Assembly (NCBI GenBank): GCA_965637545.1
Contig: OZ281496.1
Span: 15,066,001 to 15,130,000 of the forward strand
DNA: 64,000 nucleotides
Direction of reading: 5' to 3'
Source of the DNA: Phallusia mammillata
Taxonomy: Eukaryota
The stretch's first letter is position 1. The number at the start of each line of letters is the position of its first letter. The notes beneath the pieces were generated by a model. That model saw only the letters and a list, made by a program, of their open reading frames with translations. It was not told where the DNA came from and made no database searches. Made by a program: the position numbers and the translations under genes. Shown here in pieces: positions 1-12,394 of the stretch.

Positions 1-2499
1 TTTGTTCGATGCCTTTATTTCCGATATCACATCCCCTCAAGAGCAGTTCTTCTGTTTTGCGAATGCAGCGACCCAGTGAGTCAGCGCCCTGGTTTCCCAC
101 CTTGTTGTCAGAAAGATCAAGCCTTTTCATCTGTTTTTAATGCAACAAATATTATCCGGTTTAAATCGTCTTTCGTATTTAAATATGCTGTAAGTTTAAT
201 GTTTGTCTTTTTGTCCACATATGATGTTGCAAACATGTTTCTACCGGCAGAACCACCAACCAAGTGTTGTGTAATTTCAAGATTCCGGCATCAATTTAAT
301 ATAGCGAAAAATTTAAAAAAAAAATTAAAAACGCGAACGATATATACCACGTGCAAAATTATCCCAACCATGGCAAAAGGTTTTGGACAAACGCAGGGAT
401 AAAAAATAACGGAGTGAAATAAAAATGTCTCCCCTAATGTTTTTGCCATATTAGTGTTTTCACTAAAGAAAATAAAACACAAGTTTTTACCGGCATGTCA
501 AGCATTTCGACTCTATTGCTGAGAGTTTCGACACCATCACTTTCGATTTTACATCTTTCCAGTATCAGCATCTCAATGTTTTGAACGTGGAGAGCCAGTA
601 AATCTGCGCCTGCATTGCCTATCTCGCTGCGAGAGAGGTCAAGGCACTTTAGCTGAATTTAATGCACAAAATAGTATGAGATTTCACGTCACGACAAATA
701 CAGTTAAATGCGAACACAAAACATTTTCCAGCGTACCTTGTCACTTATATTTAAGAAGACAGTCATTTATATTTAGACACTACACAGCAACAACAACAAA
801 AAAATAATTAATTCAATATCGCCCAAGTAAAACCAAATTTATCTTTTTCTTGAATGAAAAGAGGAAATATAAACGACAAATGTACAATTATTTTGTCCTG
901 CTTACATATGAATTGAATTAAATAGTGTTGTTGGTTGTATTTTTGTTGAAGTAAAGTAATTTGCTAATAAAGAAATCTTTTATTTTCACTCAACATAGAT
1001 GTATACTGTTTTACCGGGGTCTTTAGCTGCTTCACTCCATTGCAGAGATTCTCTACGCCACCACTTTCTATTTTACATCCTTTTAACAGGAGGATTTCAG
1101 TGTTGTGCACACAACCAGCGAATAAAAGTGCGCCAGTATTGCCGATGTTGTTGCAAGAGAGGTCGAGCTTCTTTAACTAATTTTTTTTAAGAATAAGTAA
1201 ATCAAAAATGTAATTTCATTTTTCTGCATTTTTCAGTAAATGTTAATCGTCACACGTCACACAATCAGCTAACATACGTCGTCAATATCTATCACAACAT
1301 TTGTAAGTGTTAGATGTAGTAATACACCTGTTTATGTAGTCAGTCGATGTTGATGAAAAGTCTAACTCACCAATCAATATATCAGCAACAATACTTACGT
1401 GCTGAATTGTTTAAACAACCCGTTTATTTATAATCATTGGCGATGTTTTTTTCAAGGTCAAATTTTTTGCAAACTTATTATTACATAAACACATCATGTT
1501 GATATCTGCGGATGTGTTGTGTTTTTACCGTTTTGCTTCGAAACGTTACACATTGATTAGAATATTTTCAACTAAAGGAGCAAACGTAAGACAGCATGGC
1601 GCTGGTATAAAGGTAATTATAACAAACAAAATTGTCTGTACAAAATAAAAAAGGGTTTACCGGCTTTATTAAATTCCCGACATTGTCGCAGATTGTTTTG
1701 AGGCTTTCAATTCCGATCTTACATCCCTCCAGATCCAATTCTTCAATGTTTTGAACGCAACAAGCAAGTGAAGCTGAGCCCAAAACGTCGATTTTGTTGT
1801 ATGAGAGGTCTAGTCGCTAATATTGTGGTAACAAATTACATTTCAGGACAAATATTATATCACATGCAGTTCATGCAATAATAATTGATTTGTTTAATCG
1901 GAAAGAGTTGATTAAAATTGTTTTGCAAATCATTTTACGAAAACCAATATTCAAAAAAATTATGAAATTTACCGGATTTGTTAGATTTTTCACCGCATTG
2001 CAAAGATTTCTTATTTCTCTATTTTCCATTTTGCAGCATCTCATCAGCAGCGTTTCAATGTTGTGAATGCATTCAACCAGAATTCTGTTTCCAAGCTGCC
2101 AATCTTGATGTAGGAGAGGTTCAGTACCTTCATCTGTTTTTTTTTACAAAGTATAACTTTTATTTGTTTTGTGGCAACAAATGCAGACAAGTAAAAATAC
2201 GCACCATCAATTTGAGTTACGTCATGCTGTTGGAGGTGTTTTTAATATGAATTTAGCCTAAATTTCTGAGTCGAAATTAGATTTAAAAGGACTTAAATCA
2301 CAATATTTGTACATGGAAAGAAAACAAGCATTTACCGACTTTGTTAGCCTGTTCACACCGTCACAAAGTTTCTCGATGCCTCCGGTTTCGAACTTACATC
2401 CCACCAGCTTGAGCTATTTTAGGTTGTGAAGGCAACAAGCTAGTGAAGCTGCTTCTGATATGCCGATTTTCATACCAGTGAGGTCGAGAGACTCTTCAA
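1..2499 (-). repeat. Tandem array of phase-0 LRR exons (~162 nt, two LRRs each)
   Basis: AG/GT-bounded exons at 2336..2499, 1973..2133, 1661..1816, 1015..1176, 491..652 and <1..130, e.g. LKKLDLSCNNIGNTGALLFAGCVHNTEILLLKGCKIESGGVENLCNGVKQLKTP. All five complete exons end CG|GTAAA. Confidence 0.9.
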
Positions 2500-4159
2500 C
2501 TGATTTTAAAGCATATTTACAATTTTTTTATAGAATTTACAAATAAACCACGCCAAAGACCAAGATCACTCGGGTAAAATTTTCAAGTCAATGTAATGTG
2601 TACTATATACAAAACACAGTCGTACCTGTGTCGCCCTATGTTGAATCACGAAGGAAAGGTTCTGGACGTCCACTGGGAGAAGGGACCTTTTGCCAAAGTG
2701 GAGCTCATCAGGAAGTTGTGAAGCCACACACGAAGCAATTTCCGGATCATTACTTTCATAAGCCCATCTGCATATTTGCTTAATTTCTTCTTTGCTGATG
2801 GATCGCTTGGGCTGGATGAAATTTACAAGCAAAGATTTTTTTGGATCAAAGATTTTGTGCAACTGTCAGGAACAAACGACTTAAGTTGATTGAAAACTGA
2901 AGGATCGCAAAACCCAAAAACAAACTTTGAAATAACTTCCCATTTTTTGTCGGCAAGTCGTTTATGGACCTTCTCAAACTCGTCGAGGGGCATAATCATC
3001 ATCATGTAGAATGCCGCTAAAAATTCCTGCCAGTTGAGATGAAAGAAACATCGAACTTCGTCAATATCCAAAATCTTTATGTTTGAAATTCCATGTTTTG
3101 CGATGGTCGCGTTTTTTAATGCATCAGACGTCACTTTCCTGACACCTGCGTTTTCGAATGCTTGGACCATGAATACAAACTCCATGTTTTGAAACTGATC
3201 CCAAGCCATCTTTGCCAGTTTGTTTAATTCGCTTTCTTGCCCTTTCAAGTTGTTGGTCATTATACATTGGTAATAAGTTTCATCATTCATCAGATAGTTG
3301 AGTGACATTATAAAGTTGGAGGGAACATTGCAGAGGGAGAACACATTGGAGTTTTGCACCAGCTTTTGTTGTATAAAGTCGTATTTATCTTTACATATCT
3401 GTCGTCCCAGTTCATCTTTCGACTTTGAATTCAATCCAAGCACTTGCACAATGAACCTCGGTCGATATGAAACATGGAGCCTGTATAATTGAGCTGGTCG
3501 TGACGTGATTATCTTCCGAGCATATGGAAGCAAGTTTCCTCCCACTAAATGCTTTAGGTAGTTTTCTGGATTAGACTCCGAATGTAGTTTGGGTTCGGCC
3601 GTTTCTGTGCAAATTGATTGGAAAACTGCCTCGTTCCAACCGTCGATAATTAGCAGTACGCTTCGATCATTGCAAATGGCGTTTAGAATACTCTTTTCTT
3701 CTTTCATGGTGTAATTTTGTTCAATCGACATGGTGGAGAGAAGAAACTGTAGAAAGGTCATCTTTCTAGTAAGGTCGACGTGTTTGATCTTAATGTAGAA
3801 TAGAAAGGATACATTTCCCAAATGTCCCTTTAAAATCTGTTTAACCCAGTGCGTTGCTAAAGTAGACTTTCCTATTCCTGCTTCTCCAACAACACCGATT
3901 ACATTTCCATGTTTTTCCACGTACTCTTTTATTGACGTTTTTGTCACCTGTTTTATATCTTGCTGCGTTGCTTCTTTTGCACAAGCAAATATTTCGTTAC
4001 AGGTGATATTACATTGCTGTTCGTCAAAAACCCTTCTGTATGGAGATGATGTTGTAACTCGTTGTCGATTTGCTTTGGTTCTGTGACTATGGAAACTTTG
4101 GTTAAAGCTAGTGGCATTTCGTCACCGGCTAGGGCTTCCACCCTTTGTTTGAGCAACAT
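1..4159 (-). pseudogene. NLR-family gene (NACHT + HD2/WH + LRR exons), disrupted; runs off the window start
   Basis: ORF 2823..3947 has Walker A GEAGIGKST, Walker B LLIIDGWNE, sensor IITSRP and FFHLNWQEFLAA. It continues after a -1 shift at the T7 run (2836-2842) into 2626..2862 (QICRWAYE..LPVDVQNLSFVI). Six spliced LRR exons follow. Lesions: TAG at 2414-2416, 2-nt insertion in exon 2336..2499, frameshifts in exon 1973..2133, probable shift in the N-terminal part. Confidence 0.9.
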
Positions 4160-4567
4160 CTTTAGTGTTGTTTTTGTTCTTTCGTTTCGTCTGCAACGTC
4201 AATACCATAAGGTTAGTTTAGTAAATACACAAAAATAAATTGTGCAAAAGTAAAAAAGCACCTTCGCTTTTCCATACAACAAAGGCATCCTAAAAACATC
4301 GAAAAGGCAGATATGCGCAAGAATACATTAGTTCCGAATTTTTATACAACTGAATTGTATACAAAAGTTTACGACAATTAAGATACAATCACCGGCGCAA
4401 GTTTCTAAGGCTGCAAACGACACCACGAACCAGTGGCGGCTCGTGCCTAAAATTTCTGGGTGTGCTGCTTCAAATTTTAGCCTTTATTGAACATATATAT
4501 GTTGGCAATATATTGGAAAACCACATTTCTAGTTTTGTAGCCATTGTTTTGTGTAGAAAAACAAGTA

Positions 4568-5300
4568 CCGTAATTTTCCGTGTATAATGCGCAAAATTTA
4601 ATTAATTTATTGTCCTAAAATCTAGGGTGCGCATTATGCATGGGTACAACAGTTTTTGAAGAAAATCTGCCTCGAAATAAAACTTGAAATCAGACCTTTC
4701 TTCTTGTTTGTTGTCTATCGCGCATCACATTTAGCCATCCTGCCCAACACACTTGGTCAGTAAATTTCATAATCGACGACACATCGTTTGATGCGATGGT
4801 GCAATCTTTGATGGTGTGTTATTGTCAAATACTGCACACTGCCCATTTAGCGACAACGTGAATGGGATGATATCATTGGCGATATGCAACGGATGGAACT
4901 AAAATTTTGTGTATATGTTTCAATTTAATTATTCTGATTTTTAGGTATTTTAATCTAAAACATATTAAACTTCATTTGTGTTTTAAAAATAAAAATGTTC
5001 TCTGCAAGTATTAAGATCGGTTCCGCTTGAACGCGACCAGTAAGATCTCGTTTGCTGTCACGATGTACCCTGCACAAATCCTAAACATTTTTCGCTATCG
5101 AGTTTGCGAGCGCATGCGCAGTGATACTGACCGGCAGAATAACATCCGGTTGTTTCAAAAGATTATCTTTTTTCTGAAATAATTTTACGTAAAACTTTGG
5201 ATGCGTATTATACATGGGTACAAGCTTTTTTCCAGCATCGACATGCCATTTTTAGGGTGCGTATTATGCACGGGGGCGCACTATACTTGGAAAATTACGG
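4568..5300. mobile_element. Tc1/mariner-pogo-type MITE
   Basis: TIRs CCGTAATTTTCCGTGTATAATGCGC / GCGCACTATACTTGGAAAATTACGG. TA duplicated at 4566-67 and 5301-02. Empty site caagTAatac is present in the paralogous copy near 23195. Confidence 0.9.
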
Positions 5301-6193
5301 TAATACATATCTTATATAGCAACTCCATTGTGACGTAATTTTTGTTACGCAATAATGCACACGAGTGTAAACAGCAGACGGTATCATTTGTGTATTTTGT
5401 TTACTTGCACGGCGACGGACCAAAGTCAACATAAAAACACACGTGACACAGACTCGAAACGAAGCGGTTGTAAGTTCGGTACAACACAACAACAATATGT
5501 AGAAAAAAGTAAATTAAGCAAAACTGACAATGACCACTAACTAACACACTTTCTATTCGGTCATTAATATGGTCATGTTTCATTTAAGTAACTTATCGTC
5601 ACAGTCAGCGTTTTCAACATATTCTATTACACTTCACAGATTATTGCCACACTAAAAACTACCCATAAAGCTTTTTATTGGAATCATAACTGACAAATTT
5701 AACAACTACATTACAGTTGTGTCAGAACTTGTTTATTAAACATCTTTTTTTTTAATTCTGTGTACAGACTGTTAATTGTCTTCAGTTTCTTAACTGCTAT
5801 ACTTGCTGCTTTATTTTGTGGCAAATAGCTTATAATTCCTTTTTTAAGTGCAAAACTTCTCCAAGCTTTGAAATTCACAACACCCTCACTTACATTTAAA
5901 CCATATTATTAAACCTTGTGCTTCCTTTTTACAATCAAAATGAATCATAAAGTTATAGTTTGGGCAAAATAATGGATAGCTTCTTCTTTGATTTCCAAAT
6001 GACAACTAAGAAACCGTTTTTCTATGTAGTGCTAGCACTGCAAGTGCAAGTCTTTTGGAAATAATGGTGTTCCTTAGAAAAGTTTGCATCCTTTTCAATG
6101 TTGAAAAGAACTGTTTGCCTTTGAAGGACTCATTGAAAATGCAAAAAGGATTGTTCATCTTAATAATTTCACTTGCCAAAATATCATCTAGAT

Positions 6194-7000
6194 CAGGGGT
6201 GTCAAACTCGTGGGGCTCGGGGGCTACATTGCAGTTTAAAAATTATGCCGAGGGCCACATGTGATTTTTGATCTAATTTTATACACTTAAACAACCTTTT
6301 CGCTACGACAGCCGCATCGCAGATCCTTATTTTACCAACAGCTGCCAATTATCTGCTGGTTTTTGTTTTAAAATTACAGATGTAAAGAAAAAGGTATATA
6401 TCATATATATATATATATACCATATTTTAACGCCCCAAAAGCCCAGATTAATTTCCAACTTGATGCACAGATTGAGCTGCTCGTTGTGAAGATCAGTTTT
6501 GACTGTTTATTACGTCAAAATCTATATTGTGACGCATTTCGTACCTGTTTTTTCGCATTGTTTGCGCACAATAGGTCTACAAAAGTCTGACGCATATGCT
6601 GCTAGGCTGGTAATACTCTTTTCAGTAACACAAAATCTGTTTAGGGCAGTTTGAAAATCAGTTTTAGTTTGGGCAAAGGAGTTTCAATTACATCACGGCC
6701 GCCAGTACATATATATTAATGTGGCTGTTCGGCCGCAGGTTGTACACCCTTGACTGAAACTTTAAGGAACGGTTTAATTACTATCGTTTCTATTCTTAAT
6801 AATAACATATGAATTTGTATTTATCTATTAAATTTCGGTAAATGTCCGTTTAAATAATAGCTTTCACTTTGAAAAAGTAAGAAAAATTTAGCATAATTAG
6901 ATAAAAATCTGACAAAATACTACAATTGTTGTTGACTGTTCGTGGGCCGCATTGGGGGGCTTCGTGGGCCACATGGCGGGCCGCGAGTTTGACAGGCCTG
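6194..7000. mobile_element. hAT (Charlie-like) MITE
   Basis: TIRs CAGGGGTGTCAAACTCG / CGAGTTTGACAGGCCTG, 8-bp TSD ATCTAGAT. Empty site (atcgagat) is present in the paralogous copy near 24015. Confidence 0.9.
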
Positions 7001-8114
7001 ATCTAGATTACTTTCAAAGTAATCATAAGCACAAGATCTACAGAAACATTTTCATTTCAGTAACTAGCTTTTCTTTGTCAACAGAAGGATATGCTTGGTG
7101 GTCAGTAGTCACTTATACGACGAATGAATCATAATATCGTTGTTTCGAACAGCAATGCTCGCCTTTTGCCTGTACAATCTAGTAAACCTTGGTGACACTA
7201 TTGGTCAATTGTGACGTAATAAACACAGCTTTGATCCACACTGGCTAATGACTGATCGAAGTAACATGGCAATGCGTTTCTTTGAATCGCTTTTAAATGA
7301 AGTCTTTTATTTCGTGCTTGTTGTTTTAAGTTTAAATGCATGTTTTTTTATGTAGCCAACTTGTATTAACTTCGTTAAAATTATTTTATGGTGGAGTTCC
7401 GTAAAGTTTAACAAACACCTGCCACTAAAAAGGTTGAAGAGCACTGATTAGCTTAACGATTTAACAACAAAAACGCTAGACGCTGGTGAATTTATACCTC
7501 AACTATACAGCCTGGTTATGCCTAACACTATCTGCAATTACAAAAGATCCTTCGTAACAATTGGTATGTACAGATTAATTACATACGAACGGATGTAGCG
7601 TCGAACTTTTGATAGCTAGTACAGTCAAGCGGATATTACGTTCACAGTGGCAGGTACGTCATGGACTTTCTACGCATTAGTTAACACACCACTGTAGCTT
7701 TTGTATGCGTGTTCAGTGGGTGACTTTACATAACGGATCTTACTTGGGCACGTTTCTAACCACTGTTTCTAGAAAAATACACTAGATAATGACAATAAAA
7801 AATGAAACGTTGAAATAAACACAGTGGGTAATAATTCTACACTCCTATTTCTTTGTAAATCGATTTTAAATTGTAATCACATTATAACAGGAAATGTTGT
7901 GGAATCAAGCAGATGCTATGTTAGATGACGTCCTATTTCCTGCGACTTACTGGCGGTACACCCAAGGCGCTGCTTGTTTACTAAAGTATGACAATGAAAC
8001 AGCGAAAACAAGTCAAAACAGACTTTTATTATGCGTGTTTTTTCAAAAGTTGGAATGTTGCAAGTAAGTTGTTATCGATTGTATTGGTTTGTTTTGGAAT
8101 AGGCGAGACAGTTT

Positions 8115-8460
8115 TTAATGTGACAAACCCATATATAAGCTCAGCACTACAACGGGTGACACTAAAACGCTTCCACGTTGACTGAATGTTTTTTCACAAA
8201 CATCACATCGATGAGGTTTCTCATTGTTGTGTGTCAACATGTGTTGTTTCAAATGTTCACTAAGACCGAACCTTTTCTCGCAAATGAGACATTGATGGGA
8301 TTTCTCATTGGTATGTGTCAACATGTGTCTTTTCAAATTTCCACGTAGGCTAAATGTTTTCTCACAAACATCACATCGATGGTTTTTTTCATTGGTGTGC
8401 TTCATCATGTGTTATCAAAACTTCCACATTATTTTTTCGCATACCGATGGAATTTCTTTT
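8115..8460 (-). pseudogene. C2H2 zinc-finger gene fragment
   Basis: HTNEKNHRCDVCEKTFSLRGNLKRHMLTH repeats. Only about three fingers remain and the third breaks off. Confidence 0.8.
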
Positions 8461-9950
8461 TGGTGTGAGATATGTTCTACAGCCAAGAATGCTACGTTGA
8501 ACAAATAAGAACATCTCATGATTTGTAACGCTGATTAACATAATTACACAGTCCAAATTAAAACGAACACCTTTAGCCTTCAGGTAAAGCAGTCAGATTT
8601 GCAAAACTAAAGTTTGTGTGCGTTACAATGCTTATCACCTAAAATTGCATTAAAACGGAGAAACACAGCACATGCGTTTAACTATTTTATGTCTAACTCT
8701 CGGCTGCAGTAACATGCTAATTACCTGTATTAACTGGCTTCGCAATGTGGGAGCCAACTGTGCAACAATTTTCCTTCTAACATGTCCGATTACAAACGTC
8801 ATTTGTATTGGTCACAAACTGGGACAAACAGAAATATTCCACTGGCAAAATTACTAAACCGTTTTTGCAGCGTTAATTCCATGACATAAAACAAAGGTAA
8901 TGGAGCAGATATAAATTAATCTCCGCGTAAATATTAGTTCTTATTTGTGCGGTAAGTGGTCGACGTCAAGGCTATGACACATTTTATTCCATTAAAGAAA
9001 AGTTATTGCAACATGGTTATTAACTTTTATCAGGCCATGAAATTATAGTAGAATAGGTTAAAGTTAATGTAGTGCAATAATTCAAAGTGGTTTGGGACAA
9101 ACATTTTAATTGAAGGCAAAAATCTGAATCTGAATGTTGTTTTTTTCAAATTAAAACGAATCAGAACAATTTACAAGTACCCATATTTGATTTGTGCAAT
9201 AATAATTCTTGCGTCGCTTGCATCATTTGAAAACTTATTGTCTGCAACTATAAGCTAACTGGCTTCGCAATATGTCAGTCAGCTGTGCAACAATTTCCTT
9301 TTCATGCGTACCTGATATGCTCGCTCAAGTTCTTAAACGAACAAAATCAATAGCTCACTAACTTTACAATGCTACTGAAAATCCTTCAACTGGGCTACCA
9401 TGACATGTGGTCGCGCATACATGAAAAACTTTGAAGTAACGTCAGTTCGTAGTGTCTTCACAGTTACGCAGACACGAGCCATGTGAGAAAAAATGCTAAC
9501 ACACAGCGTTGGCCTGACAGGTCAAATGTTTCTGCTTTAGTTCAGCATTTCGCCGGAGGCCTTCCATAATAGCCTGGCTATATGTAAGCTTTGACATGAA
9601 CTGATGTTATCGCATTTATCTAATTTAGAGCGTTGATCTGGCGTCGGATTCTATACAAATGCAATACAAACAAATTTACTTTGTTCCTCCAATCATACTG
9701 TAACGCTCATATTTTTGCGTTTCACCTTACATAAGATGTGATAATGCTGTAAGGATAAAATCTTTTTTTCATTTTACCCTGCCGACATTGATTCTAATCT
9801 GGGCGATCCATAAACAACAATGGAATAAAATTCACTGAACACTGATGCATAGCAGCAAGTTTGACAAATGCTCGCCACTTTTAAACGCATGACCAATTAA
9901 CCGGCCATTCGGCAATTGTCCAAACAATGCAACTTTAAGATGCGATAGTC

Positions 9951-10286
9951 CAGTGGTTCCCAACCTTTCGTGGACCGTGGTCCCCTAAAAGTAACTTTTT
10001 GGCCTCGTGGCCCCCTTCAAGTAACCCTGTAGTACCTGTGGCCCCCTTAAAAATGTAAATGGCAATCTCGTGTTGGAATTCGGTACTAATTTCGGCTTTA
10101 AACAGGTCGAATAGAGTAAACAAGAACACATAATAGTGATAAGCCTTAATATAGACAAATAGTATATAAAATAGTCGACCAAATTAGGGAATAAAGTTGA
10201 AAAGAAAATGGCTTTTAATGGGCGTTTCTGGTGAATCTGCACCCGTGGCCCCCCTGGGGGCCATGGGCCCTCGTTGGGAACCACTG
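9951..10286. mobile_element. hAT MITE
   Basis: TIRs CAGTGGTTCCCAAC / GTTGGGAACCACTG. TSD CGATAGTC/CGATAGGC (1 mismatch). Confidence 0.85.
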
Positions 10287-10508
10287 CGATAGGCCGATGC
10301 AAACTTTAAATAGGTCGCAGTTTTCCATCGGTATATGTTGCTTATGTATATTTTTAAGCATCAATAAAACATTTCAACAACACATGTAGGCTCCAAATAA
10401 CATTGTTACGCTTAAATTAGTTGTTGTTATGTCACAGAAGTTGTTATAATGCCTGATGAATAGACTCGGCGGCTATTCTCGGTTCACACGAGTAAAAATG
10501 CTGTAGCA

Positions 10509-11356
10509 CAGTGGTTCTTAACCGGGTCGATCGAACCCCAAGGGGTTTGGCAACTCCGAATCAGGGGTTTAACGAAATATTCGTTTTTGTCAAACTTGGG
10601 TCTATAGTCGCTAAAAACAGCAATTTGTATTTGCTCAATATCAAAACACTGGGAGGTTAAACTTAGGCAGGTGTGTTTTAAACTGCACTAAACAGTTTTT
10701 GTGGTACTAAAAAGAGTATTACCAGCCTAGTATCCATATGCTTCAGACTTATTGTACGCCAATTGTGTGAAGTCAATCCGAACAAAACAGGTACCACAAG
10801 CATCACAATATAGATTATGACATCATAGACACTTAAGACTGATCTCCTCGCTGTGCAGCTCAATCTGTGCACCAAGCTAGAAATTAATCTGGGCTTTTTG
10901 GGCGCTATTAAGATGGTAAATACATGATATAAACGTATTTTAAAACCAAAATAAGCAGGTAAATGGCGGCCGTTGGTGAAATAACAATCTGCGATGCGGC
11001 TGTCCTAGCACCCCTGCACTAATTTTTTTTTATGTAACAAAGAGCATTGTTCGCGTTGTGCGTAAGCAGAAAAACAACGACATTTTGTGGGCAGCAAAAA
11101 CTTATACCTCATGTTTTTCATGTTTGTGTACAGATGCTAAAAATAGAATGCTTTAATTTGGTAAAAATTGCCGGAATCAAAGCAATCGTGAAACAAGTTG
11201 CTTGTATTATTATGTAAGAATTTAATAAAATGACAAACAGTAACTGTTTTCACTACGTTTGAACAAAAACTAATTATGACCCACCAAACAAAATGGGTTA
11301 AAAACCTAGGATGTAACTTTGGGGTTCGACCGTTATAAAAAGGTTAAGAACCACCG
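10509..11356. mobile_element. hAT MITE
   Basis: TIRs CAGTGGTTCTTAACC / GGTTAAGAACCACCG, perfect 8-bp TSD CTGTAGCA. Confidence 0.9.
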
Positions 11357-12394
11357 CTGTAGCAGATGATTCTTACATTCTTAGCAATTAACGAATGGAA
11401 TAGAATGTTCGCTTCGAAAGCTTCCACTAAAATTTCAGTAATTGTGAAAATCGCTTTCAAACGCCCAACGCACAAATCAATGATATTTAACTGTTTTTGT
11501 AGATGCAAACTGGACAACCACAAAAGTAACTGGACAAACCACAAAAGTAGCATCGAACCGGATGGAGAAAGATAAAAGGGAATACATAGAACCAAACAGC
11601 TATTAGCGAGAACAATCGGCCTTGAAAAAAAATTATTATCAACACAAATTACTTAGTCCTTCCTATACTGCTATTTGTTTAACGTCAAGCTCGAATGTTC
11701 TAATGTGCCCATCCTGAACATATAAACAAGTATCAATCAATTACATAAAGTTTTCTCTAACGTTTTGGTTTATAATCTTATATGCGAAGACTGTTTTGGT
11801 ATCTAATCGTTTACATGCGAATACTGTATTTAGCCACTTCTGGATCAAGTATATTTTATTGTTAGTTTTAAGTAGTGCAATACAATTTTTACACATTGTC
11901 TGCTATTTGTATAATGTAAAAGTTATTTGTCAGTCATCAAAAAAACGTTGAGTCTCCTTGTTGTCGTTTATCAATAAAATTTTAGCTGTTCGGGCAGTTT
12001 TTATTTTAATATGCCAACGTTTCGATGTCATGAGTGACATAAATTGCAAACACAAGTTATCATAAAGCGAAAAGGGCGGCGAAACACACAGACACACAAA
12101 AGGGGGCGCTGGTAAAAAGCGCAGTGGAGTGATAACACCTAGCTCAATGGTGCAAAAGCGACCGATAGGTTATCGGCATTAGAACGGAAGGCAGCAGGAA
12201 GGTTTGTTTGGGTTTTGTTTGTACAGATCACTTAAACAAGGAAATCGGTTTTAGTTTTTTTCGGTTCTTTGGAACAGCATAACAACAACTGTTTTTAAAA
12301 TTAATTGAAAATCCCTAGTTTATCTAGTTTTTTTTTTTTACAGCGAAACAAAAAAGGCAATTTAATTTGCAAACACAGCATCAAAATTATCATA

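Larger units (their letters stand above)
4431..7110. mobile_element. Non-autonomous hAT-like element, copy A (truncated, carries two nested MITEs)
   Basis: Starts CAGTGGCGGCTCGTGCC. Once the nested inserts are removed it is colinear with 23061..~24118. Confidence 0.7.

Noticed and set aside
2836-2842. Homopolymer frameshifts (NLR, ZNFs, LINE ORFs) as programmed ribosomal frameshifting
   Set aside because: They co-occur with in-frame stops and other indels and lack consistent stimulatory structures. Decay or sequencing error is simpler.
10453-10480. CTGATGA followed by a small hairpin, a possible hammerhead
   Set aside because: No GAAA after the hairpin and no stem I/III pairing.
12013-12040. 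Minus-strand hairpin + GAAACGTT (also near 34344), resembling PLE hammerhead halves
   Set aside because: The CUGANGA half is missing and no PLE coding sequence is adjacent.
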